NCBI GenBank assembly: GCA_040954595.2
Contig: CM082595.2
Coordinates: forward strand, 3,829,943-3,893,942
DNA: 64,000 nucleotides
DNA from: Balanoglossus misakiensis
Lineage: Eukaryota > Animalia > Hemichordata
Direction of reading: 5' to 3'
Shown here: piece by piece, positions 40,901 through 52,732 of the stretch
How the letters are laid out: every line of letters begins with the position of its first letter
Position numbering within the stretch: the stretch's first letter is position 1
Made by a program: the position numbers and the translations under genes
The notes under the pieces: model-generated
The model's input: the letters and a program-made list of their open reading frames with translations, nothing else
Database searches by the model: none
What the model was told of the DNA's origin: nothing

Positions 40901-43172
40901 CCTATTAATCGCCAGGGTTTTCACACAGTTCTGTATATATACGTACATTGCTCAACTCGACGCTGTCCAGGCGACAGTCAGATCTCGTGTGAATCGTACG
41001 GTGACTGATATGCTTGTGGTTTATAGATGAATGAAATATGAGTTCAAAGAAAACCTGTTATGCGGCCACAATGAACGCCGTTGGCCGTAAATCAAAAATG
41101 TTTATATTTAGCGTACTATCACCTATTGAGGCGACCAATATAGAACAAACGGAACATCAGGGAATCAACAGGTTTCTGTCTCGATTTGGGCGCACGTAGT
41201 CACGGCCCTGCGCGGGGAAGAAAGTCATCATCTGTGACAGGAAATACATTGTATTTGATAACACGTCCCGAGCTCAATATATATATTGTATAAACCCCAA
41301 AGGGTCTAAATACTCAATTGTGTTTTTCCAATTAATCACTTAAAATTTTCCAGATATGACTGACAGCAAAAGCGATAGTTTGGCAATGCTTTTTGGGCCA
41401 GCTTATATTTGAGCATGCGCCGCGAGGAAGCCATCATAACGCGGCCCTCCATACATTCACAGATGTCAATTCAACGCTTGATTGGTTGACGAACACCTTC
41501 AAATTATTGGCTAGATTATTTGCTCTTTACTTACTCTTAATCATATTTCGATGACTCGAAATTCCGTTTTAATGAGTAAGCCGATTTAATGACCTTGTAA
41601 TTGACCGACGCGCACGCCTGCTGTTAAAAAATCATTTGCATTAATTAATCGACACACAAGGACTCTAATAATTAGAGTTAAGTGGGCTATCACTTGGTGC
41701 GAAAATGATTCGGAAGTATTTGACCGATTCAGATATGTAATACCACTTATGTTTGAAGAGTTTGTATTACTTGGCTGGCAACCCGTTGCTACGGCAATTC
41801 ACCAAATCTCGCGAAATCTCGCAATGGCCGGAAAAGCGTCTATTTTCTCCGTTATGGAGGTGCAAGATGTATTGCTGGTGGTGGTGGTGGTGGTGGTTCA
41901 TCTTGACCAAGTGCAAGGCTGGGATGATCCCGCCACTACGAAGGTCAACTGTATCATGACGCCAGTTACGCCAGAAAACACACGTTAGGGGTTTTAAAGT
42001 TTGCCATGGATACTACCGCCATATTTAACGAGGACACTTCGTCCTAAATATAAACACCCTACTTTGCCATTAGCTGAGTCACGGTCAACGAGTATACAGT
42101 GACCGTGGCCTGTGTTTTTTTGCACACCAACCGATGGGGCAGCATAAGTAGTCTGCTTCTATATGCATGTGTGTATATATGTAAATATTTTACTGATCTC
42201 AGAAATATTCTGTACGCTTTCATATCAGGTGCACCCGTTATCCATGATCGATGACTGGCACTGGTTATTTTTGAACTATTAGTGTTAGTCATCTGGGTAT
42301 CTATGTTACGGTGACACCGAAGCCCGTGCTAGATAATATATAATGGTAGGTCTGACCATAGATAATAATAAGTTGAAAGATGGAGTTGGTTTTGCTACTT
42401 GTGAGAGGGGATAATGAAAACCCACTTGGGCAAAGTCTATCATCTGCAGTCTCTCTCTGTTGGTATGTAGTTCACGGCGTGAAGAGAACAGATTCCGCTG
42501 TACATTTAGACACTTTTGTATGTATATAGTGACTAATATGATGTCGCCCGCGGTTGGGCGTGAATCTTCGGGAAATGAGTGAAACGGCCATTAAAACAGA
42601 GCTAAAAGCGACACTGCGTACAAATGTACCCGTATTTTTTGTTTCCACTCCTCAAATTATGAATTTACTAATTGCGTATTTGAATATTAGAACGAAATGC
42701 TCGTCAATATGATCCTGGATTCAGGATGAGTTTGAGCTTTGCAGGAAGCACGTATTTGGGACATGAAAACAGTCAAAACAGAAACAGTGCGGTCGTCACA
42801 ATAACGTTGAGAATGCAACTTTGGTTTACATCAATTGGCCACCAACCCGTCACAGTTTAGATGAACGTCGACGTGCTTTAATTTTCCACCTTTCTACATT
42901 TGGGACTGACCTCGCACACTTGTCGAATTTGATTGAAAATTATGACATTTAAATGAAAGGGATGGAATAAAATATTATCAGTGTTGTAAGTATCCATCAA
43001 TGTGCGGAGTTTTTTCCCAAACAATCAATTGGTAGTTCTGTGTCATTTGTTGTCATGTATTATTTATTGGTGTTTTAAAATTAGTAACGGTAATTTGAGC
43101 AAAATAGTTCAGTTTGAAATATATTCGTGACTAATGGAAAGAGAGTATGGGTGTGGTGTGTGCGTATGAGAG

Positions 43173-43222
<50 letters not shown>

Positions 43223-44043
43223 CATGTAGAGATAGATGGATATAGATTTGAGAAAGTTTGGTGGGATCACTTGTGGGTTGTTTATTTACACACAGCATCA
43301 CTCTACTTACGAGACACTTGTACATGACTTCAATAAAACCCCGCAAAAATGTAATTCCATTATACAGTATATACCATATAGTTGCATCACAGGCAATTAT
43401 GTCCCATATAGTCATAAAACAAGGCCAGGTCGAAAGCCTACCATCGGCTAATATAATTATAATGCCTGACACGTCAAAGAATTAAATGTGATAAATACAT
43501 AGGAGTTCGTTCCGCTATAGAGAGAAAAGTGATGTTAACACTTCAGACAGTAATATTCTATTGGTAACGGGATTACATTTGTATAAATACACAGTTACCC
43601 TACTTACCTATGGTTGTGACAATTGTTATGCACACAATGAGAGATCCCAGTATAGTCCAATGGCGCTCCATCGCCATACCTGTTGCCTCTATCCCATGGT
43701 TGATTTCGTGCTCTACCCCTTCTGTGTACTCGTCTAGCACACTGTTGGCGTTGGCCAGCCATATTTCCTGGCCCCTAGCGCTCAGATTCCACAGGGTGAC
43801 GAGAGTTTTCTCCCGCAGCTCGTCGACTTCCTCGTGCTCGCTGACGGTGGCTCCGCTCTCCAGCGACTGGAAAATCGCCGCCCCGGCGCACAGGTAGGAG
43901 ATCAGCGCCGACAGCAGTCCCAGATGCGACAGGAAAGTCTTCGTCAACTTCCTGATGATCGACTTCCACGACGGCTTCTTCGTCAGGCGGAGACTTTCGA
44001 CGAAAGCGAGCGACCCGAGTCGGTCGCGGCTGAACCGCGTCAT
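37923..44043 (-). CDS. Two-pore domain potassium channel (K2P; TRESK/KCNK18- or TWK-like), 2 coding exons, about 663 aa
   Basis: Exon 1 (44043-43608) encodes M1, cap and P1 up to TTIG. Exon 2 (39478-37923) gives YGHVAP, M2, a long cytosolic loop, M3, P2 (SLTTIGFGD) and M4. A phase-1 intron splits the GYG filter. Confidence 0.9.
43168..43221. repeat. (AG)n microsatellite
   Basis: Near-pure GA run in the K2P intron. Confidence 0.95.
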
Positions 44044-46898
44044 CTTCTTCTCTTACCGGGCCGCTCCAAAGTACTAAAAACACAGACAGCTTTTTCCCCC
44101 AGTTGTGTTCACCGTACCGTCATGTCATGGCGCAGCAAAACACCAGTATGGTGCGCTATTGGTCCTCGATGCTTTTCTTACGTAACAAACAATAAAGGAC
44201 AACATTTCTAATTATTTTTTGACAGAGAAGCTTTTGTAGAAATGAATAATGCTGGTCATACAAATTGAAAGCATAACGGGTCGCGACAGTCTGTATTTCT
44301 CCACGATTTTCCACAGCCCGCGACACATGTCCAGATATTCACCTCGCACGCGTGCTGTCACCCTACAAACAATAGTCTATAACGGGACAGAAATTTGTCA
44401 ACCCCATCAGGTACCACCAGCTTGCTCGTCACGCGGTTTAAAATAGCACAGCACAGTCGGAAAAATATTTTAATTGGCCGATTACAATTTACGAAACAGT
44501 GGCGGCCGACCAAAATACAAGGACCGATGGACGGGTCCACTGGCTCTGGTGTCGCATGCGCAAACGTTGAATCATTATATCGACGGAGAGACAGGCCCAG
44601 AAGTGACGGTTTTTAGAAAACTAGGTATTTTGTCACTTTGATCATCGACGACACATGACGATCCTCGACCAAGTGGGGGTAACATGGATGCTAATTCATA
44701 ACAATAAAACAATATACATAAATGAATAATTACATGACACCTTTTATGATAATTTGATCCGTACGCCGCCACGGTCGAAGTTGGACCAATTACGTTCAGT
44801 TTGATCGATGTGTCTGAGATGAAAAAAATATGGCGTGTAAACAAATAAGAGAAAGTGTTACGGTATAAGAATATGGTGGGTGATAGGTCTTGGCATGGAC
44901 TAGGTGAAAGTTTTTTAAATTCAGTTGTGAGATACACTGTTAAACTTCTGTGAGCTCCGTTTCAATATGTCAAAAATATGTACATGTATACAATAATTGG
45001 GAGATAAGTGACAGGGAACTGAAGGCGAGCGAGGGGGGTAAGGGAGGGCGATTTCCGCTTTTTGCACGAAAAATGCTGATAATTACCTGTCGAGGGTGCT
45101 GGGTGTCTAAGGCAAAGAAATCGATATACACCGTTATGGGTCAGCGGTCGTTGCCAGCAGTGCAGGTGGACTCGAACAGGTTCGTTCGTTTCAACCGCTG
45201 GAAACGATTAGAACACATAATGGATTACCGCAAATGTTTCACACTATAATCGCATTCGGAACTATTATCCCCTCCCGCCCCATAAACAAATACGTCAACA
45301 TCCCCCTAAGGCATACATGCCTGCATGTACCACCATTTCTATTCTGTTAATACGAATGTGCGTTTCCTATACATTGTATGTACATGTATCTTTTACAAGG
45401 CCACCTTGTCGGGACCGCGCATGTAGGGGTCCTTCCGTGCTTATTGCATATGGTCGACACGATTTTATTAATAGTACCAGGTAAAATAGTCGCAAGGAAT
45501 ACTACATCACTCCTGGAAAGGCATAATCTCATCATTATCACAAAAACATGCCCCCTACAGCAACAACAGTCCGCACTGTGTTGTCGTTGTTTTGCCTTGA
45601 TTCGAGGCCGCTGATCGGAAATAAAGTTCTGGTTCGCGAGAATGATTCTCATCGTGGCGTACACCTGTTGCACGAACACCTGGTTGAAGAGAGCAATGGA
45701 ACTGCATGACCAATCGTGAACAACTTTGCGACAACACTGCATGCTCACAGCTATAACGCGATCACATTCGTGATACACCACAGGTAGAAAACGTCCAAGT
45801 GGCCCTGGATATCTATCTACCCGTGATAGAAATTAATTTATTGTAAGTTCATTCAGGATGAATAACATATGCAGTTAACCGTGTCGTTTTGAAAGACGCT
45901 CAATTAGTGACAATTTGGGCCAATTTCGTTTAATGCATCGATCTTGCTCTAATTCCTGAACCAGGATGAAATGACCAGCTTTAAGCTCATCATCACATTC
46001 TGTATACGTGTACAGTTCTTGGTGGTTTGAAATTGAATTCAAGTCCGGACCTTTATGAAACGTGACTAACACAATGGTTCAGTTGACGGCCACGTGTCCC
46101 TGCATGTGCTGTTTGGTTGAAACTGAAATTCCAACTTTGTGACTTCTGTTGGTTGTACACTTCCTCAGTGGTTTCGCAAATCGGGTGTAATTTTTCCAAA
46201 TGATTGTTAACATTCCACCCGATATATTTTCTGTTTTATAAGCATTCGAATGGACATTCGTTATTTTTAAACAACCAGTGTGCACCTGGCCGAGAGATAT
46301 CTTCAATGCATAGTCGAAACTCTCCATGGTTGAAACAACGAGGCCCTTGGGCGGTCAGACATTTATTGAAGGTTCAAATGAAGGACTAACCTCGGTATTA
46401 GCAAGTTCTTACTTGTTAATTACTGTATACGTCCTCTAATTGTTGCGTGGTAATTGAAGGACAGACAAGCTTCAATGATTGGCACTGCGGGCAAAGTCGA
46501 CATCACGGCAAATGAGCGTACAATTTCGGATTTTTAGAAAGGTGTACATGTATGTGCGAAAAGTTTAGGCTAGTGTGTCTTTTTTCAGAATGGATTTTAA
46601 TGTGGACATGTTGCAACGTGAAAGAATAAAAGTCCAAGTTTGCAGACATCATGGTATTGCATTACACGTAGTCTGTATTGTTCTGAGTGCACGTCACATC
46701 TCATACTTGTATTTGTCGGTTCTTTGACTTGGAGGTTCCCTGCATTAGGTACGTGTTTTATCGTTAGTGTCCTTCAGGGAAATATGACGTCAATCGCCAA
46801 CCAGGTGCCTGTTATTCAAATGCGGATGACGGTTATTTAAAGATCTTTCATCATCGTGTAATGTCACACGACGTATTTCTGCGGGCAACATTCTCAGT

Positions 46899-49800
46899 GG
46901 TGCAAATAAGAGTTGGCACCGCTGCGGTGCAAATAAGATCATTGTAGTTATGCTGCAATATAGTGCGGTAAATTTCCGACTTTTTCGAGTACACATCCTG
47001 ATGGCGAAGGGTTCAGGAAGGCTTGACTTTTTACCTGAAGGTGTCAACTGATGTTGGTTCGAGACCACTTTTTTCTATTTCTTTTTTTTGTGAGAATTTT
47101 TAACGACATTATCATTGTATTTTTTTATCATTTTCATAAATCCAATTTATTTCAATATCTACGCTGCGTTTTTATCCGTCGGGTATAAGAAACATGCAGG
47201 GAAACTTGGTATTTTTTTTGTCGCGGTTCACTTGGGCAAGTCTGAATACGTACTGCTCAGGAAAGAGAAAGATAAACTCGCTAAAACCGTGTCTTTCCGT
47301 CCGCATGACCAACGAAGGAGCGAATAAGTCATTATTTGGGCCGTAATAAAACGTTTTTGTCGTCGAGGAGTGAATAAAGAACGGTCAGATCGTTGCGGTG
47401 CAAGGAACTCTTATTTGCACCGCAGCGGAGCGAACTCTTATTTGCACCGCTGCGGTGCAAATAAGAGTTGGCACCGCTGCGGTGCAAATAAGATCATTGT
47501 AGTTATGCTGCAATATAGTGCGGTAAATTTCCGACTTTTTCGAGTACACATCCTGATGGCGAAGGGTTCAGGAAGGCTTGACTTTTTACCTGAAGGTGTC
47601 AACTGATGTTGGTTCGAGACCACTTTTTTCTATTTCTTTTTTTTGTGAGAACTTTTAACGACATTATCATTGTATTTTTTTATCATTTTCATAAATCCAA
47701 TTTATTTCAATATCTACGCTGCGTTTTTATCCGTCGGGTATAAGAAACATGCAGGGAAACTTGGTATTTTTTTTGTCGCGGTTCACTTGGGCAAGTCTGA
47801 ATACGTACTGCTCAGGAAAAAGAAAGATAAACTCGCTTAAACCGTGTCTTTCCGTCCGCATGACCAACGAAGGAGCGAATAAGTCATTATTTGGGCCGTA
47901 ATAAAACGTTTTTGTCGTCGAGGAGCGAATAAAGAACGGTCAGATCGTTGCGGTGCAAGGAACTCTTATTTGCACCGCAGCGGAGCGAACTCTTATTTGC
48001 ACCGCTGCGGTGCAAATAAGAGTTGGCACCGCTGCGGTGCAAATAAGATCATTGTAGTTATGCTGCAATATAGTGCGGTAAATTTCCGACTTTTTCGAGA
48101 CCACAACCTGATGGCGAAGGGTTCAGGAAGGCTTGACTTTTTACCTGAAGGTGTCAACTGATGTTGGTTCGAGACCACTTTTTTCTATTTCTTTTTTTTG
48201 TGAGAACTTTTAACGACATTATCATTGTATTTTTTTATCATTTTCATAAATCCAATTTATTTCAATATCTACGCTGCGTTTTTATCCGTCGGGTATAAGA
48301 AACATGCAGGGAAACTTGGTATTTTTTTTGTCGCGGTTCACTTGGGCAAGTCTGAATACGTACTGCTCAGGAAAAAGAAAGATAAACTCGCTTAAACCGT
48401 GTCTTTCCGTCCGCATGACCAACGAAGGAGCGAATAAGTCATTATTTGGGCCGTAATAAAACGTTTTTGTCGTCGAGGAGCGAATAAAGAACGGTCAGAT
48501 CGTTGCGGTGCAAGGAACTCTTATTTGCACCGCAGCGGAGCGAACTCTTATTTGCACCGCTGCGGTGCAAATAAGAGTTGGCACCGCTGCGGTGCAAATA
48601 AGATCATTGTAGTTATGCTGCAATATAGTGCGGTAAATTTCCGACTTTTTCGAGACCACAACCTGATGGCGAAGGGTTCAGGAAGGCTTGACTTTTTACC
48701 TGAAGGTGTCAACCGATGTTGGTTCGAGACCACTTTTTCTATTTCTTTTTTTTTTTGAGAACTTTTAACGACATTATCATAGTAATTTTTATCATGTTCA
48801 TAAATCCAATTCATTTCAATATATACGCTGCGTTTTTTATCCGTCGGGTATAAGAAACATGCAGGGAAACTTGGTCATTTTTTTTTGTCGCGGTTCACTT
48901 ATGGGCAAGTCTGAATACGTACTGCTCAGGAAAGAGAAAGATAAACTCGCTTAAACCGTGTCTTTCCGTCCGCATGACCAACGAAGGAGCGAATAAGTCA
49001 TTATTTGGGCCGTAATAAAACGTTTTTGTCGTCGAGGAGTGAATAAAGAACGGTCAGATCGTTGCGGTGCAAGGAACTCTTATTTGCACCGCAGCGGAGC
49101 GAACTCTTATTTGCACCGCTGCGGTGCAAATAAGAGTTGGCACCGCTGCGGTGCAAATAAGATCATTGTAGTTAGGCTGCAATATAGTGCGGTAAATTTC
49201 CGACTTATCGAGACCACAACCTGATGGCGAAGGGTTCAGGAAGCCTTGACTTTTTACCTGAAGGTGTCAACTGATGTTGGTTCGAGACCACTTTTTTTCT
49301 ATTAATTTTTCTTTTTTTTTGTGAGAACTTTTAACGACATTATCATAGTATTTTTTTTATCATTTTCATAAATCCAATTTATTTCAATATCTACGCTGCG
49401 TTTTTATCCGTCGGGTATAAGAAACATGCAGGGAAACTTGGTCATTTTTTTGTCGCGGTTCACTTGGGCAAGTCTGAATACGTACTGCTCAGGAAAGAGA
49501 AAGATAAACTCGCTTAAACCGTGTCTTTCCGTCCGCATGACCAACGAAGGAGCGAATAAGTCATTATTTGGGCCGTAATAAAACGTTTTTGTCGTCGAGG
49601 AGTGAATAAAGAACGGTCAGATCGTTGCGGTGCAAGGAACTCTTATTTGCACCGCAGCGGAGCGAACTCTTATTTGCACCGCTGCGGTGCAAATAAGAGT
49701 TGGCACCGCTGCGGTGCAAATAAGATCATTGTAGTTATGCTGCAATATAGTGCGGTAAATTTCCGACTTTTTCGAGACCACAACCTGATGGCGAAGGGTT

Positions 49801-50626
49801 CAGGAAGGCTTGACTTTTTACCTGAAGGTGTCAACTGATGTTGGTTCGAGACCACTTTTTTTCTATTAATTTTTCTTTTTTTTTGTGAGAACTTTTAACG
49901 ACATTATCATAGTATTTTTTTTATCATTTTCATAAATCCAATTTATTTCAATATCTACGCTGCGTTTTTATCCGTCGGGTATAAGAAACATGCAGGGAAA
50001 CTTGGTCATTTTTTTGTCGCGGTTCACTTGGGCAAGTCTGAATACGTACTGCTCAGGAAAGAGAAAGATAAACTCGCTTAAACCGTGTCTTTCCGTCCGC
50101 ATGACCAACGAAGGAGCGAATAAGTCATTATTTGGGCCGTAATAAAACGTTTTTGTCGTCGAGGAGTGAATAAAGAACGGTCAGATCGTTGCGGTGCAAG
50201 GAACTCTTATTTGCACCGCAGCGGAGCGAACTCTTATTTGCACCGCTGCGGTGCAAATAAGAGTTGGCACCGCTGCGGTGCAAATAAGATCATTGTAGTT
50301 ATGCTTCAATATAGTGCGGTAAATTTCCGACTTTTTCGTGTACACAACCTGATGGCGAAGGGTTCAGGAAGGCTAGTCTTTTTACCTGAAGGTGTCAACT
50401 GATGTTGGTTCGAGACCACTTTTTTCTATTTCTTTTTTTGTGAGAACTTTTAACGACATTATCATTGTATTTTTTTATCATTTTCATAAATCCAATTCAT
50501 TTCAATATCTTAGCTGCGTTTTTTATCCGTCGGGTATAAGAAACATGCAGGGAAACTTGGTCATTTTTTGTCGCGGTTCACTTGGGCAAGTCTGAATACG
50601 TACTGCTCAGGAAAGAGAAAGATAAA
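46899..50626. repeat. Tandem array of about 6.7 near-identical 555-564 bp units with internal palindromes and a tRNA-like cassette
   Basis: Anchor ggtgcaaataagagttggcacc recurs at 46899, 47454, 48009, 48564, 49123, 49686 and 50250; the array ends at gaaagagaaagataaa near 50626. Confidence 0.97.
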
Positions 50627-51055
50627 TTTTTGATATGCTTGCCTAATACCTTAATAAAAGGAGTTAACATAAATAGCTTTTGGTAATTTTTATCGAGAAA
50701 AAAAAACATCGAAAAAAGGGTTAGAAAATAAAGCGGTCCCATAAACGGCCGCAAAATGTGTAGGGCCTATGCCCACAATCCACAGTAAAAACATCGACGC
50801 AAATGTCTTGAATATGAACCAAATAGGAATCCAAATTTTTGGCCCAATTTTGGGGTACCTTCAGCTGACCTTTGAAGTACTTACTGAAGTACTTACATAT
50901 AAACGTAGAAGTTCACTTTTGGTTGTTGTAGTTATACTTGTAGGACATCCATTTCGGGTGGTTGCCTACTTTCCCATATCTCCACATCCAGAGCAAATAC
51001 AGCCTACGCATTTAAATGGTACAACCCCGAATGGAGTCTAATGGTTATTATCTCT

Positions 51056-51094
51056 ATGCTTGGGCCCCTTCAATGCTGCTTGCAGCTTTAATTT
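51056..51094 (+). mobile_element. Helentron/DINE-1-like 3' terminus
   Basis: atgcttgggccc (subterminal-IR-like), then hairpin gctgc-tt-gcagc, then tttaattt. Resembles recalled non-autonomous Helentron ends; no matching 5' end found. Confidence 0.45.
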
Positions 51095-52108
51095 CCAGCA
51101 TTTTTTTCTGTGTATCGAATGCAATTTCTTGCTCTACTCCTATAACAGAATGCTAATGTAACCAGAACTCCAATTGTCAACAAAGCCTGTATGTGTGTGA
51201 CGACCATTGTTTATTGTGAGTTCTAGTCCGGACTTGAATTCAATTTTTGCACAACAACAATGCTGACTATACATCCCGTTTCATCAATTTGAGCAAGAAA
51301 CTGCATAATTTGAGTGCAGTTCCTGGGACCATTTTCGAGCTAAAAATAGACTTTTGATTAGCTAGTGACTGTTTATTTGAAACAAAAATTTATTTACTTA
51401 TTTATTTCATTATGTCCTTGAGAAAAGCGAGTATCATTTAATGCATTCAAAAATCCCTGGATGTCCTTCTCGATGCAAGTTTCGGCAAATAATGATTGAT
51501 GACGCAGTTTTCAATTTAGATAAACCTCATTTCACAATAATAATAAACGTACCTGGTAAATATACAACGCTACCTACCGAGTGGTGTCGAGACCTGTGAG
51601 AACTCGGATCAGCCAATTTTTTAAATTATTTTCATGATTTATTTTCAAACTTAGACTTTTCCATTTAAGTGAATAAACCGGTGGGAAATATCTAGATTCA
51701 ACACTGGTGGCGCTCTCGCACGTCAAAACGACAAAACCCATCAGGAAGCAGTGCTAACAATATATACTAATAACAAATCACTTATATAAAAGTCTAAAAG
51801 TAAGTATAGTGCGATAAACATTCCCTTCTTTATTGGTAACGTTACGATTGCAAACCATTCGTCCCAGGTACCGTTGCGGCTGGCCGTATCAGTATGCGCT
51901 CCGCGAAGCCTTGGGCAGACGAATAAGTGGGCCACAATTACAAAACAGCAAGATATTGCGATTTTTTCAAACATTTGATCTAAAAAATATATTAAATTTA
52001 ATTATTGATAAGTACCATAGTTCAATTACTTATATGAACAATTCAGTGTAATTATGTAGTTATGCACAGTTTGAGAATGCAACAATGAAGGAAACTGGCG
52101 CGAAGAAA

Positions 52109-52119
52109 CAAAATGGCGG
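52109..52119 (+). promoter_or_regulatory. YY1-type motif near the USP48 5' end
   Basis: CAAAATGGCGG about 220 bp upstream of the ATG at 52334. Confidence 0.45.
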
Positions 52120-52333
52120 ACCTCTTTTTGACCTAAGGGCTACCTCAACCAAAATTTTCTCAGTAGATGACACGAAGGCGTCCTTTCACTAAAACTCGTG
52201 TTCAAAATTTTAAGAAAAGGTAAAATTTTCGGGCGATAACTTAATTCTTTGTCATATTCGGGAGTTTACAAAATAACACGTAAATATTGGGATCTGACAG
52301 TGCTGTGTAGTCCAATCAGAAACAACTCTCACA

Positions 52334-52697
52334 ATGCCTCCTAAATACCCAAAACAAAATAAAGCGGCGTGGAAGTGGATAGAGACGACGTCTCCAGAAG
52401 AAGTGAAGCTAGAACACGTAGAAATGGTTTACAAGGTCAAGCTCAAGCAATGCAAACCCGGTTCGTGTCGGTGAGTACAATGTTTCCTTGCTTCTGATCG
52501 AACTTTGTCGCTGTACTGTGCAGTGGTACCCACCTCCTTCGAGTAGCGCACACGGTGTACATGTACTGCGGAATGGTAATCGGTTCAAGAGAGTCGGTAT
52601 TGTATTCGTATATTTTAGGGGTAAAGTTTCAAAGAAGGCGTTCAGTTTTATTTGTTTGGGAACTGTATTTCTCGAATTGCTATATGATGATGATGAA

Positions 52698-52732
<35 letters not shown>

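Noticed and set aside
46996-47075. Functional tRNA, 5S rRNA or snRNA gene cluster
   Set aside because: No complete cloverleaf or acceptor stem, and no recognisable 5S or U-snRNA sequence. Kept only as tRNA-like.
46899-50626. CRISPR-like array or repeated protein-coding ORFs (HRCGANK peptides)
   Set aside because: The sequence between the palindromes is near-identical between units (no unique spacers), there are no cas genes and the context is eukaryotic. The short ORFs are by-products of the repeat and vary by frameshift.
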